A stretch of DNA of 55,489 nt, the filler included, from Sphacelaria rigidula (Eukaryota): the NCBI GenBank assembly GCA_964200075.2. It is 5 parts of 5 records of this genome, joined end to end, with 100 filler letters (N's around TTAATTAATTAA, not from the genome) between each part and the next. Parts side by side here need not be neighbours in the genome. Positions count along the whole stretch, not along the records: positions 1 to 11,019 come from CAXNAA020005525.1; positions 11,120 to 22,138 come from CAXNAA020005526.1; 3 more parts are not named here. One strand, given 5' to 3'. Position 1 is the first letter of the stretch. The number at the start of each line of letters is the position of its first letter. Positions 1-11,780 of this stretch are shown in pieces. The translations under genes and the position numbers were made by a program. The notes below the pieces were generated by a model. It saw nothing but the letters and a program-made list of their open reading frames with translations. It was not told the origin of the DNA and made no database searches.

Positions 1-609
1 GTATCCACATGGAAAAAAGGAAACGAGGATATGTTGTCTATGGGCGATAAAATTCCGTCGAACGGCCTGACAAAAGTTCGGAGGCTAACACCCCCCCCGA
101 TTCGCGCCTTCAACTGTGAGTTTTCGTAAGCCAACTCAAACCAAGAAAGGCTCTCTTCGCCTGGAATATTTCCCGCCGCACACTGCACTTCCGTGATTCG
201 TGCTGTGACGCCAGCAAAGCGCACAAATTTGCGAATTCAGCACCGAACTACACCGCGGGAACGCGAGGTTTTAAGTGCTGTTTACCAATGAAGACCGCGT
301 CGCTATTTTATGGTGCCGTGTCGTGTCGTATCGTTCCAGAGATTTACGTGTACCACATCCTACCGCACTGCGCATCACACACACCATGCAGTGAAGTCCC
401 GGGTCCTACGATAGATACAAGCGAAAAACCGCGGCAGTAGTACTACGTGTGGCTCAAACACGCATGTGAAACCTCAAAACTGCAATCTGTTTTAACTACA
501 GTGGTGGGCGGTCGAACTATTCAGCGGGGTTTGGGGGTTTCACTCGCGTACTACTCTTCGATAGAGGTCGACATTGCTCGTAGCGTCGGTAGATTTTGGT
601 ACAATAAAC

Positions 610-2396
610 CACGGTTAGGGCAAATCAATATTTATATGAGTCGACTCGACATGACGCGCAAGCAGTCATGCTGTATAAACCGTNNNNNNNNNCATCTTGC
701 GCGCATTACAGCTGTGAGAAATTTACGCATGGTTCAGGGCCCATCGAAAGTGAAGAGTCAACCTGTATACAACTTGTCAGTCCCGCATTAGCCCGAAGGT
801 GGAAAAAATGTGCGGGCGCTCATCCCCAACAAGTTGGCCAAGCAAGTTGTACATGACTTTCCCGACTCATGATAATAAGAGATGCGTGACATGTACAACC
901 AACCGATGCATCCAAATTCTCAGCGCAGAGTTGACTTATGTGCCCATTATTTACTCCGGAAGTCATGGAAGGTATGAAGCGAGAACCTTCGCGTTATACT
1001 GAGCCACGCACAAGCTAAGAAGCTGTATAAATTACAAATGATGTACGACTAGTGTGATCTATTCATTGAAATGATGGCTCTGAGTTGACTAAGAGTCATC
1101 ATGTCACATCGCCAAATATTCTGAAAGCATCGTGTGCGCAGTCGGTACCGTTACCGTTCACGGTACGGTAGGGTATCACAGTAATGTTCTGTGTTATACT
1201 GCGGTGCTCTGCGTTGGGCTTGTTCTGTTGTGGTGAGTGTAGTGTAGTGCAGCGTACAGTGTTGTATTGTGGGAGCGCACAGTATGCTGCCGTGCTGGTT
1301 TGTGCGGAACTGTGCCGTGATGTGCTGTAGTGTGTATTGTAGTCTAGCCTAGTGTAGCGTAGCCTAGCCTAGCCCAGCGTAGTGTATCCGTGTTGCTGTG
1401 CTATGCTTTGTTGGGCCCGGACAAGGAAACCCCGAGTGGGTTCTGTCAATGTCCGTTTTTACATAGCAATTGCCAACTGCGGTGAATCACCGTACACCAC
1501 TACGCAACTTTGTTCACGATGTGCAATCTACAATATCCTCGATGTTTTCCTCCCGTACTATGATACCGGCCACATCCCCTTCACTGTCGGTTAGTCTGAA
1601 GCACAGAAATGTTAATAGTGCTTCGTGTACCGGCACGGCGGAGCAATTCGTACAGGTGCTTTCAGTACAATATTGCGTGTTGCCTTCCTGTGAGGTCCCA
1701 ACACAACAGCATACGACCACGCCGTCGATGGTTGTTGATTGGAAGAACGCATATTTCCACCATTGCGCAGAGGTACCGCTCGTGCACGGTACTAAACAGC
1801 CGCGGCGAACTGCCGCGCCTCCTTGTACCTGCCGGATCTAGTATCATGTTGACTCGCCATGATACGCAAGCAGTCATGCTGTATAAACCATTGGTCCGCT
1901 GAGTCGAGGGTGGATTACACATATGCGGCGCATTACCCATAGCAAAAAAATACGCGTGATACAGGCCCCATGAACATGAAATGGCAGAATTCAACTCTTT
2001 GCCCAGTGTTGGTCCCACATTCACTCGAGGGTGGATAATATATAACATATTGTGCAGTGCAGGCATCTTGCCGCATTACAGGTTTGACAAAAGTGTGTGT
2101 GGTTCAGGCCCCATGACTGCAGATTAATTAACCTTGTTGACTTAGGTAGGTCCCGCATTCACCCGAAGGTGGGAAACATATACCAGCGCTCACGTCGAAC
2201 TTGTCGCACATGGCGTGCATGTAAAAGCCATCCACACTTTGAGTCACGAAGAAGGGTTGACTGCGTGAATTACATCACGCCTTGAGTCATGAAGAATGGT
2301 TGACTGCGTGAATTACAACTGATGTATGAACCGCATGATTTATTCATTAAGATGATGACTTTGAGTTGACTCACGACTTGATTTGCCCTAACCGTG
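610..2396. mobile_element. Inner inverted-repeat element with two diverged ~500-bp direct copies
   Basis: Perfect 19-bp inverted repeat CACGGTTAGGGCAAATCAA (610-628 / 2378-2396). Internal direct copies at ~636-1097 and ~1848-2375 share CGCAAGCAGTCATGCTGTATAAACC, TCCCGCATT-CCCGAAGGTGG and ATTCATT...TGAGTTGACT. Confidence 0.6.
1185..1410. repeat. Degenerate 5-bp-period microsatellite (TGTAG/TGCAG/CCTAG-like)
   Basis: Pentamer periodicity, e.g. GTGTAGTGTAGTGCAG and CTAGCCTAGCCTAG. Confidence 0.55.
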
Positions 2397-3324
2397 CAAA
2401 GTTTGCCTACTCAGTGCGCTAGGGTCGAAAAACCGTGTTTCACGGTCAATTAACACCCTCCTGATGAACGGGGTATTGACTCGTTTCGCCCCGTAACACC
2501 AAGTAACACTGACTTGGGTGCTGTGTTTCGAAAATGATCTGTTTTGTTGTACCAAAATCTGCCGAAGCTAACAATTTCGAGTTCTATCGAAGAATAGTAC
2601 GCGAGGAAAACCCCAAAACACCCCGAAATAGTTAGACCGCCTACTACTGTACATCCTTAGAACGAGTAAATCGTGCGTTTAAGCGATACCCTCCCTGTTC
2701 AGCTACCACATACACGTCCACAGCCCTCATACGCATGCCTGGTCAAACTCCTTTCTCAACTCTTCTAGCCTTCCCTGAAACTCTGCAAAAAAAGCACTTT
2801 TTGCCGTCTGGCGTGCTGAGCGTGGGACGTTCCCAGAAAGCGAGTGTGGCCAAACATGCATTTTGATTTGAAGGACACAATGCAAAAAACAGCGCTCGAA
2901 TCGCACTCGTGGCCGACGAGATCCTCTCTGATTCAGCCGGCCTATCGATGGAATTTCCCCAATAAGCCACCGTCACCGAAAAGAGCAAATCAAATAGAAC
3001 CACGTGGGCGGGACTGAGGCGGGGCAAAATGGGAGAAGAGGTCTCAATCGGAGTAACTTCGGTTCTGTTAAAAGTGCCCCAGGGTATAATGCACCCCGAC
3101 AATTCAGCAACAGAGAAACATTGTTGCTTGGTTACCCAGTCGCTCTGGGGACCCACGTTAGACAGCGTGGTGAACACTGGAACAGACCACACCATGGTGA
3201 CTGTCTTGTGCTCTTCTGTTTCTTGGTTGCGCAGAGTCTACCTCTAACGTCACATGCGGCCTACCGTCTGTACATCATTCCTGCGCTGCCACGAAGCTTC
3301 AGTGTTGTGTTCACATATATTGAA

Positions 3325-4195
3325 TTGGCATGATCGAAATATGAACAGGATCGAGATGACCCACCGTGGACTCCCAAAGGTTAACTTTCAAAGCTGGGGG
3401 CAGGACGAGTTCACACTCTCCACAGATTTCTTGTAAATTGGTCCATGGTGATAGCCATAGATAATGGGAGCAATGAGAACGAACGCAGGGAGGAAGAGAG
3501 AGAGACAAGACAACACTCTACTGAACTGTACTGTCCTGCATTGTACTGTGTAGCCCGGTTTTGTTCTGTGCCTTGTTTCTCGGCTTTGTCCATCTATACA
3601 CAACCATCTTCAGGGCGAGTCATTTGTTGTGCATTGGCATAATTTTAACTTGAAAGATGAATGCAAGACCCAGATTTCCAACCATCGAGGCCCAAGGGTT
3701 CACTTTCAGAGCTGGGGGCAGGACGAGTTCACGCTGTCAAAAGGTTTCTTTTTATCTGGTCCATGGTGATACCAATGAATAATGGGAGCAATGGGAAGAA
3801 ACGCAGGGGGGGGCGGGATAGAATATAATATTTTACTGAACTGTACCGTTCTGCATCGTGCTGCATTGTCCTGTACTGCACTGTGCCTGTTCGGTTTTGT
3901 CCATCTACACACAACCACCTTCAGGGTCAGCCATCTGTTGTGCACTGGCATAATTTTGACTTGAAAGATGAACGCAAGACCACGATGACCCACCGTGGAG
4001 GCTCACAGGTTCAACGCTTTTCAAAGATTTCGTGTAATCTGATCATTGGTGGTGCCCATAGAAGAAGGGAAGGAAAGCCGCGGGGGGAGAGTGAAGACAA
4101 CACCGCACTGTACCACACGGCTCTTGTACTGCATTGTCTACATTCACCCCCAGGATGGGTCATCTGCATCAAGATAATCTATACTTGAAAAATGA
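3325..4195. repeat. Tandem repeat, ~315-318-bp unit, ~2.7 copies
   Basis: CTGGGGGCAGGACGAGTTCAC at 3394 and 3712; ATGACCCACCGTGGA at 3356 and 3986; TGGCATAATTTT-ACTTGAAAGATGAA at ~3635 and ~3946. Confidence 0.85.
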
Positions 4196-4411
4196 ATCAT
4201 CAGTACGACCATGAGCAATGCACCTGCGGCAATGTGTGTAATGTGGGCAAAAGGCCTCCTGAGGTTCTCTCCGAACCGACCGGACGGATCCTTTGTTTCT
4301 GACTGGCTGGCTTGATTTGTCCATCAGGAAGAACCGGGACACTTTGGGGGAAAGTTTCTTATATGTTTTGTGAGCGATTCGCATCCCTAACTGTGCTTGC
4401 AGAGTTCAGGT

Positions 4412-4782
4412 TGTGTGTGTGTTGTGCGTTATCATCCCATCTATTCTGCACGCCGGTCTACACCTTTCGGTATATGTGGGCGCACCATCCGGGGTCACAC
4501 AGGAGGGAGGCCAACATAGAATTCTTTTATTTCTCATTTGTTGTAATTCTCCACCTTTCTTCTGCGGTGCTTGCCTATACTTGTTATCGCGAGAGGGGTT
4601 CAGCAGTCCCTTTTCCTCGTCGACTGTGAAGTCGATTTTGTGTACCTACGACGTGGTGGCTCTCCACTGCTGGGCGTTGTGTGAGGGAAAATCCCAGATC
4701 GTGTGACTGCACCGAGATTCGAACCCACGACCCAACCGTCGGAGTGCTTCGAGGTCACCAACTGAGCCACCGGGGCGACCGG
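4412..4782 (-). mobile_element. tRNA-derived SINE, family 1 (copy 1)
   Basis: Minus-strand head CCGGTCGCCCCGGTGGCTCAGTTGG (A box) ... GGGTTCGAATC (B box). The ~350-bp body is shared with 16343-16683 and 18683-18973, and there is a (CA)-like 3' tail. Confidence 0.85.
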
Positions 4783-5282
4783 CTGTTGTAGTCAGACATA
4801 CAGTAGTACAAAAATACAAGTGCAGTCTGGACTTGTGTTGTTATGGGTGCGCTTGACCGCCAAAAATGGGCAAAACAAGGTCACCGACCAAAATCACCAA
4901 CAGGCACGAACGAACCGACTTTTGCGGTTCTTCTGGACTTGTGGGGTAAAATGTGCCTCACGTCATCGGAAGAGAACAACATGAATCCAAATTCATATCG
5001 AGAAAAAACGAACTGCATTCTAAAATCGGAACCCTGAGGTGGCTGTTATTGGCATTCCAGCGTATCGCAAGCGCGGACGAAACGCGACGCAGTGGCATGC
5101 AATGTATGAGGAACAACAACGGAAATCATGGTGTAAGGGAAAAATGAATGGGCTGGGGAAACAAAAGCAAACGCGAGGCAACAGACACATAGACGCTGTT
5201 AGCCCCTTCTTGCATCGTAGCCCATGTCTCGCCGTCCCAGCGATTGCAGCTGCGCACGTGACGGGCAAAATATTCTACCTAG

Positions 5283-5945
5283 GTGTTGGCGAATGACGTC
5301 TATCGCTTTGGCCACACCAAGAACATGTCAGACGCCGCCGCTAACTTTGCGGAGTCGCTCCTAAGGGGTCGGCAAAACCAGGACGCTGAACCAAATTTTT
5401 GGGAGGATGCGGATCGAATGGGCCAACATCATGTGCTCAACATGCGACGGAGCCACATGTCCTGATGAACTTCAATGAGGACGTCCTTTACACATACGAG
5501 TGGAGTACAATCAGTCGCCGGGTGTGTGATGTGGGCTGGGCGGATGTTGGTCGACCACCTCGTCATGTGTGAGGAGCTGATTTATCGGATGTCATCGTTC
5601 CGCAATTTTTGGCGGATGAATGACTCGCCTTGTGCAAGTGTATTTGTTATTCCGTGGACATGGCTTTTCATTTCATGAATATAATCTTAACCCTTTTGAA
5701 CCCGTTGACGATTTTTGTTTTGATGAATCGGCGTCTTTTTTCAAGTCAAAATGATGCCGATTCTCAAAAACAAAAATCGTCAAGGGGTTTCAAAAGGGTT
5801 AATCGGACTTCAAAGATATACGAGGCGTAGTGGTGATAGGGCCGTGTGATGATGGGTCAGTCATCACGACGAAATAGTGCCCGGAGGGCTGACTGCGGGA
5901 CCTGATAAGTGTCGAAGACAGCGGTGAGGATATTTGGATCCGTTC
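5283..5945 (+). pseudogene. Decayed PIF/Harbinger-like transposase N-terminal relic
   Basis: Fragments in shifting frames, FRNFWRM..(fs)LCKCI and ISVE..(fs)TAVRIFGS, resemble the F..FRM...F..LC..L and ISVE.+LA..L..L..G motifs of Harbinger nucleases. Broken by stops and frameshifts and interrupted by a MITE. Motif match by eye only. Confidence 0.4.
5691..5798. mobile_element. 108-bp hairpin piggyBac-type MITE
   Basis: TTAA (5687-5690) | CCCTTTTGAA...TTGACGATTTTTGTTTT..GAATCGGCGTC // GATGCCGATTC..AAAACAAAAATCGTCAA...TTCAAAAGGG | TTAA (5799-5802). Almost fully palindromic, with TTAA target duplication and CCC/GGG ends. Confidence 0.85.
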
Positions 5946-7257
5946 AAGACGGTCACAGAAACATGCCTCTTTGCATCCAGCTTGGATTCAGTTCTTTCCG
6001 AGAACTGAATCTCGTGCCGAGCCAAAGGTTTTTAGAACTCTGGATGAGTCCGAAGCGAAGCTCGTGATCTGAATTTGAGTTATCAAAACCACTAACCGAG
6101 AAGAGAAACTGAATTGCCTCTGAAGCTGTGATAAGCATGCCCTGGCATTCAGCATGAGCTGTTCTGCGTTGAACTCATCATTCATTTTGCTGGATACCGC
6201 TTGCTGTCATCATTCTGCTGTTTGCAGTTCGATAAGGGTGAACTAATATATACAGTTAGGGCATACATGAATAAATATATCGCGTGTTCGCTTGAAGTCG
6301 CTAAATTCTATGTTTATTCCCCGACACTTCAAGATCTGCGTTGACAAGATGTGTACAGCGATCATGGTAACCAACGCAACTGAGATAGAAGTAAAAACGA
6401 ACTAGTGCACGGACATGTATGAGGCCTTCCAACGCTAACTGTCCGTAACATGGTGCTTCCAACCGGGATCGAGCCGGTGACCTTGGCAACTTCAGTGCTA
6501 TCGTCAGGGAGGGACACATCAACGTCATCTCCCCTGCCTTGGCTCCCGAACATGTTACAGGGGCGTGATTTTCTTCATGCATTCAGGCACAGTTGCGAAT
6601 GACTTGCTTTCACTGTAAGCACGAAGAGCGGCGCCTCATGTCGCATGTCAGACATGAGATCATGTATACAGATGAGGTCGAAATTAGACATGAGTTGAAT
6701 CCTACTAATTCGAGTGTATACTGTGAGGGTACATCGAAGGTAGTAGTGGTTGTGCAACATGATGTAAAGTAATTGACCTCAGCATCGAAAAGGCAGGCGC
6801 GGTTCAAATATATTGCGATAGCATGTACAAGAGATTGAACTGGACTCTGACTCTACCGAGATGCTATCTGCTAAACTTCGTGCCGAGTGGATAGTTGCAG
6901 GGCATACCCCCCCAACGTGCCTGAAGCATCATATTTCCCTGCGTACGCCTTCGTGCGCTTACCATCTGTTTGGCGGTTTGCCTCTAGGTTACAACGTATC
7001 AAGGCAAAAGCAAGGCTGGATAGCAGCAGATCGATTATGCTTGAAACGACTTCGATGGACCCACGCACGTGGCTAATCACGGCGAGGAATTACAATTCAA
7101 ATACCCGCAATACCATTAGCTATACACATAGGGCAGCTGTTCATGCTGAAGCTTCTGATGTCCGAAATACCACAGGTAGTTGAGTCTCCGTCCGCATACG
7201 GCACTATTGGGACAGGAAAGAAGGAGTCGGGATCCCTAAGTCCTGCTAACAGGTGTC

Positions 7258-7707
7258 ACTGGTAAGTGGGGCAGGAGGGGTGAGCTATGCATCGAAGCAT
7301 TGGTATAGGTGGTGAGTAACGTGGGGTCATATTGCGAAAAGTTACAACGATAGGGAACAGGATTTTTGAGGGCTGCTAATCCTACTAACAGTAAGATACC
7401 TCCGATGAAGATTCTAGGGTCAGCGGTAATTCCGATTCGTGTCCACCCAAAAGATAGGGTAGGGGAGGTGTGGTGTTAAAGAATGTTACTGGTGATTGGG
7501 GTAGGGGGGGTGAGCTAGCTATGTATTGAAGCATTTGTATATAGGTCGTTAGTAACGTGGGGTAATATTGAAAATTAGTTCCAACGATGGGGGACAGGAT
7601 TTTTGAGGGCTAACCATAGTAACAGTAGCATACTTCCGATGAAGATTTTAGGGTCAGCGGCAATTCCGATTCGTTTCCACCCAAAATATAAGGTAAGGAA
7701 GGTATGG
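7258..7707. repeat. Tandem duplication, ~230-bp unit x2
   Basis: ACTGGT-A-TGGGG..GTGAGCTA at 7258 and 7488; CCGATGAAGATT-TAGGGTCAGCGG-AATTCCGATTCGT-TCCACCCAAAA present in both copies. Confidence 0.9.
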
Positions 7708-9762
7708 CTCAGGGTGGTCGATGGATTACTATATTGATTTATTTTAGGAGCTTTTTTAGGAGAAGGAAAAACAAGAATATTATATCTTTCGAGGGGCGAT
7801 CAAAATTTCGGCCTTCGCCGAGTGCGTTGTGGGTACGGTTCGTGTCTAACGGTACCCCAAACCTCGAAGCTGTCGACACCGACCACCCCAACAGCCACGG
7901 AGATTAGATTCGGCGGCGCGGGACCTCTTCTGTGCCGTAAAGCAAAGCGCGCCCAGTGAAGACCCTACGGGGATGCTGTCTGGTGAGAGTGAGCTGGCAG
8001 CATGAGATGAGGTGTGGAAAAGCCTTGGAGTGGCGTGGGAGGACGCTGCTACGCTTCAGCGGATGCTGAATCTAACGGAGGACGTAAGGTCAGAAGGATT
8101 CGTTAGCAAGCTAGTCCCGGGCTACGTGCGAGGACCTCAACCGCTGGAGCGACAACTGGTGTTGATCGAACCCCAGAAGCCGTTCGATTTAGACGAGGAG
8201 GCAGAAGTAGGGGTAGCCAGAGGGGTACAGTGGTGGGATCCACATTTGCCGTTAGTCTGTAAGGTGGTCAATACCGCCAAAATCGCATGCCGTTGGAAAC
8301 AGGGGCCACCTACTACCGTATCTCATGCATGACCGCGTACGCAACTGAGGAAGAATAGCAGCATCCTTACCCTAGCATCCGCTAATGCGCGATGACTGTT
8401 TGTGGAACCGTAATGTTACACTGGTTGTGCATACATGCTACAAGGCACGATGCTATGCGAGCCATATTGTATCGCTGTTCGCGTTGTAGCGACGTTCAAT
8501 GTCGAGAACGACCTGGGTAACCCATCTATCTGCAACAGTAGACCTCTGATATTTTCCCATTACTTCACCTTGACAACTCACGCAACAATCAACGAACGCC
8601 TGGGCGCGCGCCCGCCTGCATTTTTTTTCTCTTTTATTTTCGCATTTTCAGTTTTTTTTCGTCTGTCTTCCTTCCCTCGTTTTCTCTTCTCTTAATTAAA
8701 TTTTTGTATCTCAGCTTCTTCTCTGCTGTGTTACACTCCTTCTTATGTATTTCACCCTGGCTTCACCATAGATGTGAAACCAATGTACGGGTGCCTGCCT
8801 GGTGTACCACAGGAACGTAGTGGGTGCAGGACTCGCACTCTGTCCGTTAAACGTCGAAGTAACCAATTGACCGCGGTGTTGATTTCTCTTCCACAGGTAG
8901 TTCATCTGCCGCATATCTGTATCAAGTTTTACCCGTATCTCTTGTCAACAAAAACTGCGAGTCCAGCTAGGACGAGCCGAATCCACGACCCCTCTTGATG
9001 TTTTGAAGGCCTTTTTTTCTGTCTTTTGGGCATTTTTAGTCTAGAAATTGCACATCCTCACATCTTTCGCCTCTCCAATGTACGAGTTTGGACCAAGTAC
9101 GCAGAACTCGAATGACGCGTCAGAAATACCGTTTTCGATCGGAGTTGTTCAGGCACATCAGAGGTATCTAAAACTCGAGATTCCCGGTGTATTCCACAGT
9201 AATTTACAATTGAATATATCGTGAACCTCGAGTTTGACATACAACTATTCATAGGGGATATGTGCCGTCAATGCCCCTTGAAAAAAGTAGGAAATAAAAC
9301 GCATTCTCGCCTCCTACAGCCCATCGACAAAACGGAGCTTCTCCTCAAATCCACCCCGTACCCTCGCTAGACGTAACACCAGAGGTACACCGGATCTGGC
9401 ATCAATCGTTTGCCCAAGTACCCTTCCTAGACATCCCTTACGACCTTTTTTAGGTGGCAATAGACTACCCGAGGACCTCATGTACCTCATACAGTCGGCG
9501 CACGCCGCTACCCAAATCACCAACAACAGCAACCATGGCATTCGAGGAAACGATGTAATGCTAATTTATGTCGTTCACCAAAATACAATTGACCGAACCC
9601 GGCGTGTAACTTTCGGACGTCGAAATTCCGGGAAACTTTGCCCACGACCAACTCCCCGCATCCCGACAATCCGGCGGTGGTTTTGCCGCACTCAAAACAC
9701 CCCGAAAACGTCCATTTGTTGTCCCGCACACCGGAAAATCGAGCGGCAATCCCGAAACATGG

Positions 9763-9763
<1 letters not shown>

Positions 9764-9810
<47 letters not shown>
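9764..9810. repeat. (CA)n microsatellite
   Basis: Uninterrupted CA run. Confidence 0.97.
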
Positions 9811-9814
<4 letters not shown>

Positions 9815-10271
9815 TTCTCCGTGTTTCCGGTGCATATTATTACATCGTTCCCGAATTTGGTTCTCGTCTTATGGACCTCCTCTTGGCCTTGTCACGAGAA
9901 CCGCCTCTTTCACTATTGAGAAACGCTATCCCTTAACCCTACCCCTCAGCCTACATGAGAAAGATCGTAGGCAACCCCACCTGCGCTGGCAGGGCGAGCG
10001 TAGTATGGTGTGCGCTGGTGGGTACTAGCATGACATGGTCAGCCGAAAACTGGACTAAAATAAAGGGGAACGGGAAGTTCATCATCTGCGGCGAGACTCC
10101 GAAACGGGCAAGCACCCCCCACGACGTGGTCTATGGAGTCGTACGCCTTCTGCAGGCCGGTAGAGATATAGAGAAAATGTTCAATAGGGGCATTCCTGGC
10201 CATCCCAACCCCTGCAGTCGACGTAAATTGTGAACCTGAAATATGTGCATGACACGTGTGTGGGGATCAGG

Positions 10272-10360
10272 ATTTTTCTTTTCGTATCACACTTGGAACC
10301 CCTCCCCTTTCTCGGGACGAGTCCGTGGTGTATCAAGGTATTAACCCATCTCTCTCCTTG
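10272..10360 (-). mobile_element. SINE family 2, 5'-truncated 3' end
   Basis: CACACTTGGAACCCCTCCCCTTTCTCGGGACGAGTCCGTGG...AACCCATCTCTC matches 46393-46461 and 48698-48775. T-rich stretch on the left is the A-rich tail on the minus strand. Confidence 0.7.
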
Positions 10361-11019
10361 GTATGTGGACAAAAAAATGTTTTCGAGATGGTGAAGCGGT
10401 GAGGAATGAGCTTGACGATCACGCACCTCGTCTCGCACGCGCTCTCTCCCCAAAGAGCCGTTCTTGTACACGAGCATGACGAAGCATGATGATTCCTCCA
10501 CCGGGTTGACCATTACATGTCCCTGTGTGTTTTCGTCAAACATATCAACATTTATATGTTAATATATTCGGTGCGATTTTTTGTTTTCCAAGTCAAAGTT
10601 ATTGAAACAATAAAAATGACATGTTTTTTTTTTCGGAGGGGGGGGAGTGGACTCATGATATCATATGACGGTCATGGCCGGGGGGGGCTGATTCCACGAG
10701 GAAAAGGGCTCATAGATGTGTCGGACGATCGAACACACCAGCGGTGCGCTTGTATCTGGGTGAAAACGGTGTCAAGCAGTATGAGTGAGCATTATTTATC
10801 AACAATAAGCGCGTTTGAACAATCATTGTTGCTATCAGCGACGATGCGACGCGAAATTTCGTGGAAAAATGGCCCAAAAATCCCCTTATCGTAGCATAAT
10901 TCTTCGAGTCACCCCCTTCCTCGGGAAAAATCCAAGGAAAAAAAAAACGTGGTATATTTTTATTTTCCATGTGGAACTGGGGGGGGGGGGGGTAGAGGGG
11001 GAAAGGAAGGATAGGGTAG

Positions 11020-11119
11020 NNNNNNNNNNNNNNNNNNNNNNNNNNNNNNNNNNNNNNNNNNNNTTAATTAATTAANNNNNNNNNNNNNNNNNNNNNNNNN
11101 NNNNNNNNNNNNNNNNNNN
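11020..11119. other. Artificial contig-join linker
   Basis: 44N-TTAATTAATTAA-44N, stop codons in all six frames. Confidence 0.97.
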
Positions 11120-11780
11120 CGTCCCGGCTTTGTAGGGATGCGAGGTCAATGGTCTGATGACTATGGCATGCATGATCATGAGTACACCCCGCCCCGAAAC
11201 ATACGTGTTCACTCTCCAGCAAAGACAAACCCGAAATCCTTTGCCACGTACTGCACAAAAAAAGTCATACGGAGTAAAAAGCCTGGTCGGTGATGACCCT
11301 GTGACCACAAGCACCCGCATTGTATTGTGCAGCTGACGTATGCACCACGGAATAATGTTGCTTTTTGGAGGACATGAGTAATCGCTTGTTCTCATTGAGG
11401 CTACAATCCGTTTTCAGGGGTGGCGTCACTCAATAATCAAGAAGATTCGACCAATCATATATTCTTCCAACGAACTTCTTGGCCAACCAGAACACTGCGG
11501 GCACCTTTTCTCGTTTCTCTCTGCAGACGCTGTGCGTATCATGTTAGCTGAATACGTGATTCCCATCACGAGCAGAGGGGCCTCACAATCGTAGCAGGAT
11601 GCAGCTCACCGTTCATGCGACTCGCCCAATACACCACGCCGCTTCGCGCTTGATGATTGAGTGCGAGCCTGGGCCGGCGGTAACCCGGCGTCCCGACTTT
11701 GTAAGGATGCGAGGTCAATGGTCTCATGACTGCGGCATGTATGATCATGAGTACCCTCCCCGCACACACACACACACACA
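11120..11780. repeat. Direct repeat pair (~85 bp, ~570 bp apart)
   Basis: CGTCCCGRCTTTGTARGGATGCGAGGTCAATGGTCT-ATGACT...ATGATCATGAGTAC at 11120 and ~11689. Confidence 0.8.

Larger units (their letters stand above)
499..2649. mobile_element. Composite non-autonomous Tc1/mariner-type element (TA-flanked, CAGT termini)
   Basis: Left end TA|CAGTGGTGGGCGGTC (497-) and right end GACCGCCTACTACTG|TA (-2651). About 110 bp of the left arm matches the reverse complement of the right arm (CTCGCGTACTA-TCTTCGATAGA...GATTTTGGTACAA). The same arm sequence starts the MITE at 47938. No transposase ORF seen. Confidence 0.7.

Noticed and set aside
2455-2540. Hammerhead ribozyme (CTGATGA followed by a stem)
   Set aside because: The stem ACGGGG/CCCCGT is not followed by GAAA, and the homologous copy at ~48120 has lost CTGATGA. 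It is part of a MITE arm.
4705-4782. tRNA gene (also 16610-16683, 18683-18760, 48955-49026)
   Set aside because: A/B boxes are present, but there is no clean cloverleaf and each is fused to a repeated ~300-bp body. These are SINE heads.
5990-8330. LTR-retrotransposon gag/leader relic on the minus strand
   Set aside because: Only a vague resemblance (FDAEVNY..PSQYTLE); no LTR pair, PBS or pol motifs could be supported by eye.
9480-10028. 182-aa ORF with HTHTHT repeat, and similar ORFs at 46244-46582 and 51208-51594
   Set aside because: ORFs are held open by microsatellite or pyrimidine tracts; no splice or homology support.
11064-11075. Recurrent TTAATTAATTAA motif at ~11.1-kb spacing as a biological periodic signal
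   Set aside because: Always embedded in 44-N pads; it is a synthetic six-frame stop linker.
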